Positions 29,344 through 39,087 of a DNA stretch of 64,000 bases are shown piece after piece. Numbering within the stretch: the first letter of the stretch is position 1; the number at the start of each line of letters is the position of its first letter. The stretch lies in the IMG/VR virus record IMGVR_UViG_3300042386_001233, positions 62,001 to 126,000 of that record; one strand, written 5' to 3'. Under the pieces are notes generated by a model, which saw only the letters and a program-made list of their open reading frames with translations, made no database searches and was not told where the DNA came from. The translations under genes and the position numbers were made by a program.

Positions 29344-31536
29344 TTATAGTAGACATGCTCCACCAGCACAGCTGATTTCTTCTATTCCTGCTGTATTGTC
29401 TTCTAGTTCTGATAATTGAGTGTAGTCAACCTTGGTAAACCCATTGAATAGATCACAATAGATCTTCCAATTATATACATCTTTCATGCAATATGTTAAA
29501 CGACGTAAATCAGAATCGAAGTATTTACTAGCAAAATTTGTCATTTTTGTCACAAACTTTAGCTTATTTGGATCGTCTGTTTCTTTAGTCTGATTTAGGC
29601 TGACATAATCACATGCTGCCCACAGATTATTATTAAAGGCATTCAAGCCTAATTCAATTAATCCAGAGCACCACAAGGCAGCATCTCCATATTCCTTTAC
29701 TATTTCTCTGCTAGTATAAACAGTAGTAAAAGGAGCCTGTGGATAATCTTTATCTCCACTTTGTGGTATCAATGATATGCCAGCAAAATATTTTCTATTA
29801 TCATAGATAAATCTAGCAACACTTTCCCATTCATCCGGCTTAACTGTTACTGTATTGCTAACGTTATGACTAAGATAGTCTTGTGTACATAGCGATCTAT
29901 TCTTTCCAGAATATACCCAATTTTTTTGAGTATCTTTAACAACCTTTAGCATCTCTACTGCCGGTAATTGATTCTTTAACTTTGCACCATCGGGTACCTC
30001 AATAGGAAACTTAATAACCTCATCAGTATTGTTAGCAGACCATGATGACTTTTCACATGCCTGTGGGTTTAGTTTCTTAAAGTATTGATACGGTGCTTCT
30101 AAGACATTCGCTTGAACGTGCCTAATATATCTTTTAGCATGGTGCGGGTGTATTCCGGAGCTAGTACCAAGCATACTGCTGCTCGTTCCTTCTGGCTTTA
30201 AACAGGTTACTCTAGCTGCTTGATTAATACCTATAGCTTTAGCCATTAGCTTGTTTGTTTCAACAGCGATCTTTGCTCCGTTCTTTAATGCTTTTTCTGT
30301 TAGCACCAAATCATGTTTTTCCATAGTTCCTGTTAATGAGACTCCCAACAAAGCTTCTCTCTCAAATATCTTACAACTAATTTCTCCAAGATAATCTAGC
30401 TTTGTAAATCCTGCTTGTAAAGTACCAATGATAGCTGCTGCTTTACATCTCTCATAAAAATCTTCTTCATCTTCTATTGATGAGCAGTTAATTGTGGAGA
30501 GATTACATCCTTGCCATCCACTCTTTCCGCTTTCTTCATCCACTGGCCACATACCGACTTCAACGCAAGGATTAAATGTCATTTCTGTAGAATCACTCCA
30601 AATAAATCCTGGCTCTCCGAATTCTTTCACAGACTGCATTAAAGCGTCGAACTCTTCGTATGTTGTTGAATCTTTTATTAGAAGTGCTGAGTTATTGCTT
30701 CTTGCTCTTTGTGGATTGTCCATATACCAATTGCCCGTTTTAGCTTTAGCCATTTCTATATCGTCATGACTGAATAAAGCCAAAGAAGCACTTCGTCGAA
30801 CACCACCAGATAAAACCGCGTCACTACTATGCATGATAATATCATAAGCATCAATTGGTCTAAGTTTCTTTTGACCATTATAGATACATCTATCTAGCAA
30901 AGTTCTGATTTTTTCTAGTCCGTTGGCTAGGGGTTCGTATCCAGGAGCTTTGCCTACTCCGGATGCTAATGATGATCCTTTTGGTCTAATATTGGAATAA
31001 TCAAACACTATGTGACTATTCTTATATTGTTTGAATTCTTCTACTGGCTTACTAAAGTAGGAACTTAGTAATACTCCAAGAGAATTTGCCCAGCCTTCGA
31101 TACTATCTTCAATTACGTATTTTACTGCTTGATCTTCTTTAACATCATGTTCTAGTGACGGTAGCTTGGATACATGATGCTTTTGAACACTGAATCCAGT
31201 ACCGGATCCACAGAGCAGTAACCAAAAACATTCTTGAAAAAATCTTAAGCGATCACAGTATGAACTTGTGCAATTATAGATTTTCGCATGTCTCTTTAGG
31301 ATAGGGTCTCCTCCAAACTGTAGTGCTCTTTGTGATCCAAGCACTTTTCTTTTTAGCATTAGTTCATATGCCCAGTCGATGTCGTTTGTAATGCCCTTGT
31401 CAGCATAAAAGGAATGCATCATATTCTTAACACGATCTACTGCTTCTTTCCATGTTTCTCTGCGATTTTTATCTTCAATCCAACGAGCATATTTGCTAAC
31501 GAAAGTATAGTTCTGTAATTCTTGCAGAGCTGACAT
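29344..31536 (-). CDS. nrdJ: Ribonucleotide reductase, class II (AdoCbl-dependent, RTPR-like)
   Basis: YNC, GGVRRSA, NPCVE, CNL, KPEGTSS and C-terminal CAGGAC; no beta-subunit gene adjacent. Confidence 0.8.
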   Translation of the reverse strand: MSALQELQNYTFVSKYARWIEDKNRRETWKEAVDRVKNMMHSFYADKGITNDIDWAYELMLKRKVLGSQRALQFGGDPILKRHAKIYNCTSSYCDRLRFFQECFWLLLCGSGTGFSVQKHHVSKLPSLEHDVKEDQAVKYVIEDSIEGWANSLGVLLSSYFSKPVEEFKQYKNSHIVFDYSNIRPKGSSLASGVGKAPGYEPLANGLEKIRTLLDRCIYNGQKKLRPIDAYDIIMHSSDAVLSGGVRRSASLALFSHDDIEMAKAKTGNWYMDNPQRARSNNSALLIKDSTTYEEFDALMQSVKEFGEPGFIWSDSTEMTFNPCVEVGMWPVDEESGKSGWQGCNLSTINCSSIEDEEDFYERCKAAAIIGTLQAGFTKLDYLGEISCKIFEREALLGVSLTGTMEKHDLVLTEKALKNGAKIAVETNKLMAKAIGINQAARVTCLKPEGTSSSMLGTSSGIHPHHAKRYIRHVQANVLEAPYQYFKKLNPQACEKSSWSANNTDEVIKFPIEVPDGAKLKNQLPAVEMLKVVKDTQKNWVYSGKNRSLCTQDYLSHNVSNTVTVKPDEWESVARFIYDNRKYFAGISLIPQSGDKDYPQAPFTTVYTSREIVKEYGDAALWCSGLIELGLNAFNNNLWAACDYVSLNQTKETDDPNKLKFVTKMTNFASKYFDSDLRRLTYCMKDVYNWKIYCDLFNGFTKVDYTQLSELEDNTAGIEEISCAGGACLL

Positions 31537-31676
31537 TATGATCTCCTAGTGTTTAGAATCGCCGCTAATCCGATTATAACAGCGGCATGAAAAGAATAAT
31601 TTATAGTGTCAATATTTGTATTAAAAAATCGTTGATACATATATACGACTGTTGAAATGTAAAATGCTATAGACAT
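31536..31676 (-). CDS. Small 46-aa membrane protein (not in the ORF track)
   Basis: MSIAFYISTVVYMYQRFFNTNIDTINYSFHAAVIIGLAAILNTRRS fills the gap exactly; stop overlaps the nrdJ ATG (TAATG). Confidence 0.5.
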   Translation of the reverse strand: MSIAFYISTVVYMYQRFFNTNIDTINYSFHAAVIIGLAAILNTRRS

Positions 31677-31678
31677 GA

Positions 31679-32143
31679 TTATACACCGTTAATATTTTTA
31701 ATCCAAGATAAATCTGGTCTTATCCTAACTATCTTAATGCCGCTCATTTGTACGAATAAATCAAATCTTTTTTTTGCATCTTCATCAAATAAGTGAGTAC
31801 CATGATCATCGGACATTACCACAGAAGTAACACCTTCTTGCCATAAAGCCATAATACAATCATTACAACTTTGACCAGTTACGTACGCTATACCATTATC
31901 TGGCCTAACAACACAATTACTTAAAGCATTTCGTTCTGCATGAATCATCCACGGATATTTTTCTGGGCGAGTCTTTGGAAGGTCATCATCATCTAATCCT
32001 CGGGGGTAACCATTGTAGCCCACGCCAAGAATTCTATTATTCTGATCTGTGATTACGCATCCGTGTTGGGTGTGAATATCATGACTTCTTTGAGACACCA
32101 CCTTTGACAAACCTAAAAAATAATCGGTCCAGATCGGTCTCAT
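31679..32143 (-). CDS. dCMP deaminase
   Basis: RSHD, GYNG, HAERNAL, SCNDC. Confidence 0.9.
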   Translation of the reverse strand: MRPIWTDYFLGLSKVVSQRSHDIHTQHGCVITDQNNRILGVGYNGYPRGLDDDDLPKTRPEKYPWMIHAERNALSNCVVRPDNGIAYVTGQSCNDCIMALWQEGVTSVVMSDDHGTHLFDEDAKKRFDLFVQMSGIKIVRIRPDLSWIKNINGV

Positions 32144-32171
32144 TATTTGTTACTATTTCCGAAGACATTTT

Positions 32172-32230
32172 TCTTGATGCCACACGCATCAAGAGTAGGT
32201 TATTATACGCAGAGGCCATGGATGTAGCAA
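32172..32230 (-). promoter_or_regulatory. sigma70-type promoter followed by a perfect 9-bp inverted repeat
   Basis: TTGCTA-N17-TATAAT (32230-32202); TCTTGATGC-N5-GCATCAAGA (32172-32194). Confidence 0.6.
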
Positions 32231-32239
32231 CAGCTCTGT

Positions 32240-33067
32240 TTAATTTTCTTCTTTGCATCTGCGCTCTAGATTTTCATATAATTCATCATACTCTTTGAGC
32301 ATATAGTGGTGTAACTGATGTGAGTTTTTACTATGTAAAAAAGATCCATAAAAATCAGAAATACCATGAGAGGCTAATTGTTTATGTTCTAGTGTATTTG
32401 ACGCATACTTGATATTTAATTGATTTAATATACAGAATATAAAAAATGCTCTTTCATGAACATATGCGCCAAAAGGATCGTGTCTGAATACTTCTGTCAT
32501 TGGTAGAAACCAATCAACAAACTTATTAAGGATTTGTTTAGATAAGGTTATATTGGTTGTTGTTGGCCAAAATTTATACTGATGTTTGTTAGCGTCTACA
32601 AATTGTTGTAAGTCAATATTGTAAATTTTTTTAAGAGATATTGCTAACCATGGGGTGCTTTTATAGAATACATAATGGTCCGTGAGTGTTTTATTGTATC
32701 CTATAATATAATTATTCTTGTTGTATTTGTTAATTAAACCAGCATTTATTTGATGAAATTTGGTATCAAGTTCTATATCATATTCTAATAAGCAAATATT
32801 CTTATTTTGATAAAGACTGTTTTTGACAACAGCATACCAAGCGACAAAGCTACATAGATAAGGATATTCTTCTAAATTATATTTTAGATTTCTACAAATA
32901 ATAGTTTCGTGATCTAAGTGATTCAGCTTACTTGTTTTTCCATTTCCAACAAATAAGAACTTATAACTAGGAAGATTGCGAAAAATATTTTTATTTATTT
33001 GCTGATTAATAATATCTTGGTCATGACAAACTATAAAATAATCTATCTTACTACCAATAGGATCCAT
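32240..33067 (-). CDS. Putative glycosyltransferase (GT-A-like)
   Basis: YFIVCH, WYAV, LLEYD, HER motifs; located in the glycan island. Confidence 0.5.
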   Translation of the reverse strand: MDPIGSKIDYFIVCHDQDIINQQINKNIFRNLPSYKFLFVGNGKTSKLNHLDHETIICRNLKYNLEEYPYLCSFVAWYAVVKNSLYQNKNICLLEYDIELDTKFHQINAGLINKYNKNNYIIGYNKTLTDHYVFYKSTPWLAISLKKIYNIDLQQFVDANKHQYKFWPTTTNITLSKQILNKFVDWFLPMTEVFRHDPFGAYVHERAFFIFCILNQLNIKYASNTLEHKQLASHGISDFYGSFLHSKNSHQLHHYMLKEYDELYENLERRCKEEN

Positions 33068-33896
33068 TTTCAATATTCCTATATGACTCTGGAGTTTCTT
33101 CTGGGAGTGGCCTAGTCCAGTATTCATTAATAAAATTTTTAGAGCCGTGTCTATTATATTGCGCCCATCTATTTCCCATTATACCAAATAATAATTGGAG
33201 TGCCCCGCCCATATGAATAGCTGTTTTATTCAAATGTTTTTTAATGTAGGCTCCTAACGGAAGACCAAATGCCCCACACCCAATCAGAGCAACATCAAAA
33301 TCTATATTATTGATTTCATCTTGCATTGTATATAAACTATCAAACCAGTCATAATTCATATTATTACCGATATTTTGAATGGCTTTCATTGTTATTAATT
33401 CGAATTCTGGTAAAATATTAGTACCAACAAACAAATGCTGTCTATTCTTATAGTTCTGCTCTATGCTTTTTTGAAATGGATGTATAACTAAGACTCTTTT
33501 GTCTTTTAATGCTTCGGTCCAGGGATTTTGAGGAAAATGATATGGTTCTAATCCCCATAAATAAAAGGGTATAGCATTAGGACAATAGTTAGCAATAAGA
33601 CGACTATAATTAGGGGTACAACCAATGAAAGCTACGAGGTCTAATAACCCAATACAGTCGCTATATTTTTTACTAAAAGCATAAAGATAATCCTGATCAT
33701 TAGGATAAATCCCAGCAGGAGACCGAGAGTTTTGCACCATCTGATTGGTACAGGCTTTATTGTCTAGCAACATAGTACATACAATATCGCACTCTGTTAC
33801 ACCGGATCTGCCAACAAAAAATATTTCTTTTTTCTCAAGACGTTCTTTAATTAAATTATTGCCCTCTATTTCTCTTAAAATATTGATAGTAGTCAT
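33051..33896 (-). CDS. Polysaccharide-biosynthesis protein
   Basis: LEPY..PWT.AL.DKRVLVIHPF; DFDVALIGCGAFGLPL; AIHMGGALQLLFGI.G.RW. Confidence 0.65.
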   Translation of the reverse strand: MTTINILREIEGNNLIKERLEKKEIFFVGRSGVTECDIVCTMLLDNKACTNQMVQNSRSPAGIYPNDQDYLYAFSKKYSDCIGLLDLVAFIGCTPNYSRLIANYCPNAIPFYLWGLEPYHFPQNPWTEALKDKRVLVIHPFQKSIEQNYKNRQHLFVGTNILPEFELITMKAIQNIGNNMNYDWFDSLYTMQDEINNIDFDVALIGCGAFGLPLGAYIKKHLNKTAIHMGGALQLLFGIMGNRWAQYNRHGSKNFINEYWTRPLPEETPESYRNIENGSYW

Positions 33897-35221
33897 AATA
33901 TAGTTTTATTTTGATTGTTTATTAAAAGAGTTATCCAATTAAAGAACTCATCCTGTACATTCATAATACTTGTTGGTTGATAGGGGTCAATTGGTATTTC
34001 TATAACATTTGTTGGCTTAGTTAGCTTGCCAAAAAAAGCCTCTTTACAGTCGTATGTAGAAAGCAATCTTCCCATAGAATAAAAGTCATCCGGGAATACT
34101 CTTCCTTTAGCCATAGTAAATAATGGTATATTATATAAGCATGGTATATTACATCCAGAACAATTAGTTCCAACAACGCCCATACAATAGTTTTGATAAA
34201 AACAAGCCTGTTTTTCAACTGAATATGCTATTAATACTTCTTCTCCATCAACAGATTTAGCCATATTAATTTCACTATCTGTACATGCTACAATAATAGG
34301 ATATAGTCCTCTTTTTTTAATTAGAGCACAAACATCTTTTAATTGTGCCGCAGAAGCCAAACCCGCCCTACGAGTATTATCTGAGTGTATTAAGACCGCA
34401 ATATATTTTTTATTTAAAACTATACCATTAGAATTTTTAAGTAAGATTTTATTGTTTTGAAATAAATCTTTAATAATGTCTGTACCATAGATACTTGGAA
34501 ATGTATTTTTAGAAATGCATCTGGTTAATGATTGATATTTATCAAGTTCGATATTTATACTATTATTGAGGATTACTGATTCTGAGATATGGCGTATATT
34601 ATGCATCCCATGGTTCCATGTGAATATTGGAGACCAATCAACATACCATATTTCATCAAGACCCATAATTTTATTAAAAGGCTTGACAAAAAATTTGGTC
34701 TTTTGATCTAATATTAAAATGTTATAGGTATCTTTAGATATTTCTTTTTGTGTATGTTCTTTAATTCTTACTATCGCTCTTAAGCAGTCTTGGAAGTGCT
34801 CCGTGCAGATAGCATTAGCGATATAGATTGTTTGTGGCTGTTTATTGGATAGTTTTATTTTTTCTAATCTAGTAATATCGTGATTTGTTTTCATGCTCTC
34901 TATACTATGACGAAAAAACTCACGAGCTTTAATTCTAACTTCTGATACATAGTCCCCTTTAGCACTTGGGGCGAGTTGTTCGTTTCCTGTCCAGGCCCCT
35001 TCTGAATTAATAGTTCCAATATATCTATTAAGGGACCACTTATAATTACCACAGCCATGTCTATTAAAATTGTCTGTAAAATCCCAAAATAGATTTTCTA
35101 AAAAGCAATGTACGGAATCACAATGAACGCACTTATAAGAGAATTCTGATCCTATAAATAGAATTTTTTGATGATCTTCCTTTTGGCAATTAGGGCATTT
35201 AAAGGTGGTTAAAGTTAACAT
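33893..35221 (-). CDS. Zn-ribbon fused to GT-B/GT9-like domain
   Basis: CPNC..CVHC N-terminus; YIAVLIH..VVGTNCSG..IP. Confidence 0.4.
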   Translation of the reverse strand: MLTLTTFKCPNCQKEDHQKILFIGSEFSYKCVHCDSVHCFLENLFWDFTDNFNRHGCGNYKWSLNRYIGTINSEGAWTGNEQLAPSAKGDYVSEVRIKAREFFRHSIESMKTNHDITRLEKIKLSNKQPQTIYIANAICTEHFQDCLRAIVRIKEHTQKEISKDTYNILILDQKTKFFVKPFNKIMGLDEIWYVDWSPIFTWNHGMHNIRHISESVILNNSINIELDKYQSLTRCISKNTFPSIYGTDIIKDLFQNNKILLKNSNGIVLNKKYIAVLIHSDNTRRAGLASAAQLKDVCALIKKRGLYPIIVACTDSEINMAKSVDGEEVLIAYSVEKQACFYQNYCMGVVGTNCSGCNIPCLYNIPLFTMAKGRVFPDDFYSMGRLLSTYDCKEAFFGKLTKPTNVIEIPIDPYQPTSIMNVQDEFFNWITLLINNQNKTIL

Positions 35222-35904
35222 TTATTTTTAGCAGCAAACTCTAAACTTTTAATAGTGTCTGATAAGTTTTGTGTTGAGGAGTTATTATTGGTGTCTATAA
35301 AGTATTGAGCAATAGCTTCTAGAGTATTTTTTGATAAGTGCCAAGGGCTAGATATGGACTTTATATTATTAGTATTTTCAGTTATACAAAGAGACTCTTC
35401 TGATATAATTGTGTTTAAATCAATATATTGGGTCTTATTGTTTATTAGAGAAGGCTGAACCACCTCATCAAAATACATTTTTTTTCTCTCTTGAATTCTA
35501 GATCTCATGGATGTAGCACCTATATTGTGGTACATTTCTGATCTATGCCAAGCCGCAGGGGTATCAAAAATCATCATGTTCACATTTAGAGAAGATAAAT
35601 TAAGTAGAATTTCTCTCCATATTTTAAATAGAATAGAAGTTTTTTCGCATAATACTGCCGAGTTTGACCAAGCTGTTAGTACTATTATGTTGGATGGTCT
35701 TAAAGCAGAGAATAGGTAGGTGGTTCCGCACCTTCCCCATTTAACATCAAAAAAGTGATAGTTTTTATGGTTTTTCTTGAAAATCTCTTTTATCTCTAGA
35801 AGATAACAATATCCAACACCCAGAGTAAAATTACCTTCTAGTCCAACAACCTCATCCCAGTCTGAAGATGTTTTAAATTCATTGGTTAAGCTGTCATATT
35901 TCAT
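35215..35904 (-). CDS. Hypothetical protein (possibly SGNH-like)
   Basis: Coupled ORF; C-terminal YIDL..PWHL. Confidence 0.4.
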   Translation of the reverse strand: MKYDSLTNEFKTSSDWDEVVGLEGNFTLGVGYCYLLEIKEIFKKNHKNYHFFDVKWGRCGTTYLFSALRPSNIIVLTAWSNSAVLCEKTSILFKIWREILLNLSSLNVNMMIFDTPAAWHRSEMYHNIGATSMRSRIQERKKMYFDEVVQPSLINNKTQYIDLNTIISEESLCITENTNNIKSISSPWHLSKNTLEAIAQYFIDTNNNSSTQNLSDTIKSLEFAAKNKC

Positions 35905-35975
35905 GTGATATTCTCTATGTAGTTTTTAATATAGTGATTATTAAAATCGGACGATAAAGTTACGAAACTTTCCAT
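35901..35975 (-). pseudogene. 24-aa scar-like mini-ORF
   Basis: MESFVTLSSDFNNHYIKNYIENIT; GAGGT RBS; ATGA overlap with the next gene. Confidence 0.4.
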
Positions 35976-35990
35976 TTTTACCTCTTTTTC

Positions 35991-36578
35991 TTAAATATGT
36001 ACATACCAGCAAGATATTGATTTTTCAAAAACTTGGGCAGAATGGCCGAAAATCTCTTCAACCGCAGTTGAAACCCCTTTTTCTTGATAATCATGTCCTG
36101 AGACGATTCCTCCTTTTTTAATTTTAGGCAACCATGCTTCTATATCTTTTTTTACATAATCGTACCAGTGGTTTCCGTCTATAAAAACAAAATCTAATGA
36201 TTCGTTTTCAAACAATGATGCGGCAGCAGAACTATCACTTTTTATAAGTTCAACAAAATGATTACATCCAACTTTATTTAATCTATTGACAACGAAATTA
36301 TACTTGTATTCACCAAGTTTTTTTAATCTATCTTCGTCAGACAAACCTTTTGTGTCATACAAAGATTCAATTTCTTCTTTGCCTGCCCAGGTGTCAAATA
36401 AATCTACTCCGTAAATTTTTACACCATCTTTGCTTTTGATTTTTTGCGCTAAAAAACTAATTGACAAGCCAAAAAACACACCAACTTCAACAAAAGTTTT
36501 AAAATTTTGTTTTGATATGAATTCGTAAAAGCTAGAATAGTTGAAATAATTAGGTTCATTTTTTACCATTGGCAACAC
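35991..36578 (-). CDS. Class I SAM methyltransferase (Methyltransf_24)
   Basis: VEVGVFFGLS, DFVFIDGNH, GGIVSGHDY. Confidence 0.9.
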   Translation of the reverse strand: MLPMVKNEPNYFNYSSFYEFISKQNFKTFVEVGVFFGLSISFLAQKIKSKDGVKIYGVDLFDTWAGKEEIESLYDTKGLSDEDRLKKLGEYKYNFVVNRLNKVGCNHFVELIKSDSSAAASLFENESLDFVFIDGNHWYDYVKKDIEAWLPKIKKGGIVSGHDYQEKGVSTAVEEIFGHSAQVFEKSISCWYVHI

Positions 36579-36618
36579 CTCTTTTCTTGATTTATATATT
36601 AAGCCTACTTTTATTATC

Positions 36619-37449
36619 CTATACTTCCTTGTAGTTTTTAATCACACCGTTACAGAAATCATTTAAATGCGTATTTATATCAAGAACTTTAGAGCCTCCG
36701 CCATAATGAACCCAATAAAAATCTTCCGGTGCGGAGTTTGGGTCATGTGGATTTTTCAAATAAAATAGGAGAGAAGAGTCAATACCTTTAACTATCAGAT
36801 TACTATTTTTGGATGGAAGATATTCGGTCTTTATTAGTTTTGATAATGCAAAAGCCAATAATTCATCATATGAATTCCTATCCATTTGCTTTTCGTAGTT
36901 AATTAGCGATTGAGATTTTAGAGCATATACTACTCCCAAACACCATTTTTTTTGTTTTTCAACAGACCATTCTATAAGTTCTTCAATAGTAAAACCCCAA
37001 ACTTTGTAAAAGTCATTTGGATCCCATTGTTTTGTGCTTTTTATAATTTTTTCTTTAGCATCGAAGGAGCCACCGTCTCCGACCAACATTTCCGATTCTC
37101 CCAACATATCTTTTACAGCTGAGTTAAAATCAACTTTGCCAAACAAATACATGTCGGAATCAACCCAGCAAATAATTTCTTCTGGATGTTCTTTTGCAAC
37201 TTCAATGCACTTCGTAAATTTTTGCAAGTTTGAACTTGTTCTCCAAACTTTTACTCCTATATTATTCAAAAAATCCAAGTATTTAGATTCTTGTATATCT
37301 GATATTACATAGATATCTTGTGGAAGCAGCCCGCCATTTTTAATCAGTGAAACAGCGTGGGCCGCCGCAAACATCGGATAACGATATTGTCTTTCAAAGG
37401 GCGGTTCTTGGATCCACCCGGTCCATCTTGCAATCATCACTATTTTCAT
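36619..37449 (-). CDS. GT-A glycosyltransferase
   Basis: WVDSD (DxD), DE and VHY motifs. Confidence 0.55.
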   Translation of the reverse strand: MKIVMIARWTGWIQEPPFERQYRYPMFAAAHAVSLIKNGGLLPQDIYVISDIQESKYLDFLNNIGVKVWRTSSNLQKFTKCIEVAKEHPEEIICWVDSDMYLFGKVDFNSAVKDMLGESEMLVGDGGSFDAKEKIIKSTKQWDPNDFYKVWGFTIEELIEWSVEKQKKWCLGVVYALKSQSLINYEKQMDRNSYDELLAFALSKLIKTEYLPSKNSNLIVKGIDSSLLFYLKNPHDPNSAPEDFYWVHYGGGSKVLDINTHLNDFCNGVIKNYKEV

Positions 37450-37458
37450 ATTTATTCC

Positions 37459-37572
37459 TTAATTAAACCTATCAATTAGCCATTTTTCAGACCTACTATT
37501 ACTTGAGGGACCAATTAAATTACACCTAACTAAACTCTTTTTTCCAGCACATATCTGTGTATTAGTTCTCAT
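37459..37572 (-). pseudogene. 37-aa scar-like mini-ORF
   Basis: MRTNTQICAGKKSLVRCNLIGPSSNSRSEKWLIDRFN; fills the gap and overlaps the upstream gene end. Confidence 0.35.
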
Positions 37573-38191
37573 AAGAACGATAAGGGCTTTGAGTATATTT
37601 TTTGTTTTGTCTCCAGTCAACATGTATTAAATCTATATGTTCAAACAAATTAACGATAACAACGCCAGATTTTTCGGCATTTTTTCTAAAATGATTTTCG
37701 CAATGAAGAACTCCCAAGTTCCAATCTTTGTTAAAATCATAACTTATTTTTTTGTACACCCAAGCATCTTGTGAACAAATAGTAGATATGTGTTTTTTAT
37801 TGTCTGGGTTGTGATCTGCTGCTGATGGCACTATATTACCATCTTTGGTCAAATCTTTTCTTGTCAATAAGTACAGTGTTTCTTCCCATTCGTTTATTTT
37901 ATCCAAAAAACACAATGATTCATCAAAATAAACATCAGAATTAGATAGTATTTTTATATCTTCTGGATATTCTTTATCAGCATAGTCCATCCACATTTTA
38001 TAAGAAAGTCTTGTTTGTATTGGAACAACAATCAACTTTTTATTGAAAATTGTGTCAAATTCGCAATTATCAGTAAATAGAACTAGTTTGTCTATTCTTT
38101 CATTAGAAAGGTTTTGATATAAACAGTAAAGATTGTAAGTTAGAATTTCGGGTGTGGCTTTGAACCACTGGGTGAATAGTATTTTATTCAT
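37562..38191 (-). CDS. GT-A-like glycosyltransferase
   Basis: LSNSDVYFD, LTR, SQDAW, G..CEN, H motifs. Confidence 0.6.
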   Translation of the reverse strand: MNKILFTQWFKATPEILTYNLYCLYQNLSNERIDKLVLFTDNCEFDTIFNKKLIVVPIQTRLSYKMWMDYADKEYPEDIKILSNSDVYFDESLCFLDKINEWEETLYLLTRKDLTKDGNIVPSAADHNPDNKKHISTICSQDAWVYKKISYDFNKDWNLGVLHCENHFRKNAEKSGVVIVNLFEHIDLIHVDWRQNKKYTQSPYRSYEN

Positions 38192-38317
38192 TAAGTCCTC
38201 GTGCATACAACTATGTCAGCAGGTTCGGGGATGGTTTCTTTTCCGGGCATTCCTGGGTCGTACTCGCATATAGGGAACGGCTTTTCTAACCATTTCTATA
38301 TTCTGTGTGTTGCTCAT
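38191..38317 (-). pseudogene. Frame-broken remnant of a class I methyltransferase
   Basis: KPFPICEYDPGMPGKETIPEPADIVVCT matches the YDP..P.PAD.VVCTDVLEH motif, out of frame with the ATG at 38317. Confidence 0.6.
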
Positions 38318-38335
38318 GCTTACTCTCTATAAAAT

Positions 38336-38401
38336 TCAGATGTAGATAAACCACGTTTCACATCTACTCCTTTGACTTTGGTCTAATTTAAATTTTTTCA
38401 C
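38336..38401 (-). pseudogene. 21-aa scar-like mini-ORF
   Basis: GTG start overlaps the neuA stop (GTGA); ends ETWFIYI, like a Methyltransf_24 C-terminus (compare SCWYVHI at 35991). Confidence 0.4.
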
Positions 38402-39030
38402 AATAATCTGCGCATCAATTCTAAATCCTCTAGTGTATCTAGTTGAAAACTTCTATATATAGGCATATTTACTATGCCCATTTTCCCGCTATATCTCAAA
38501 CCGGATTTTATTAAGCATTCTCTTTTAGTTATATAAATAGCACCATTTTCTACCCATTTTGCCTCCACATCTTGTCTCATTGGACGAGAAGTTGTGTCCC
38601 AATTGTCTGGACTTGTATTTAAATCCCACCTAGGATTCCAGTGTTCCTCATATGCACTAAAAATTGAATCATATTCGTTTATCATATCTAAACCACGATT
38701 AATATCATCTGGCAAAATTAATGGAGATGTTGGCTGAATAAAAACCAAGATGTCAAAATCTTGAAGACTAGCAAAGTGCAACAATGCTTCTTCGCTTTTG
38801 GATTTGTCTCCTGAAATATTTTCTGGTCGTTTAACTACATTAGATCCTAATTGCATGGCAACGCTAGCAATTTTATCGCAATTAGTGCTAACCCATACAT
38901 CATTGGCTTTGGATGCTTTGGCTGCGTCTATTGTATACTGGATTAAAGGCTTGCCATTAATATCAATGATATTTTTACCTGGTATGCCTTTGCTTCCTCC
39001 TCTAGCTAATATAAGTGTTTTTATATTCAT
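38398..39030 (-). CDS. neuA: Acylneuraminate cytidylyltransferase (CMP-nonulosonate synthetase)
   Basis: ILARGGSKGIPGKNI, QPTSPL, RQD, ENGAIY, LDTLED. Confidence 0.93.
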   Translation of the reverse strand: MNIKTLILARGGSKGIPGKNIIDINGKPLIQYTIDAAKASKANDVWVSTNCDKIASVAMQLGSNVVKRPENISGDKSKSEEALLHFASLQDFDILVFIQPTSPLILPDDINRGLDMINEYDSIFSAYEEHWNPRWDLNTSPDNWDTTSRPMRQDVEAKWVENGAIYITKRECLIKSGLRYSGKMGIVNMPIYRSFQLDTLEDLELMRRLL

Positions 39031-39036
39031 AATGTT

Positions 39037-39081
39037 TTATTTTATTTCTTTTACTCCCCAAATGTGTAGTACTTTTTTCAT
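39037..39081 (-). pseudogene. 14-aa scar-like mini-ORF
   Basis: MKKVLHIWGVKEIK resembles a methyltransferase start (KKVLH) joined to a C-terminus. Confidence 0.35.
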
Positions 39082-39087
39082 TTATTT

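Noticed and set aside
31561-31586. GCCGCT...AGCGGC inverted repeat upstream of nrdJ as a cobalamin riboswitch
   Set aside because: Too short, no B12-box features, and it lies within a small ORF.
32079-32258. 59-aa - strand ORF (MQRRKLNR...) across the promoter gap
   Set aside because: Overlaps both neighbours and the promoter; no motif; probably spurious.
37521-37526. GGTGTA variant as another promoter copy
   Set aside because: Lacks the final T and lies within a probable scar ORF, so it was not counted.
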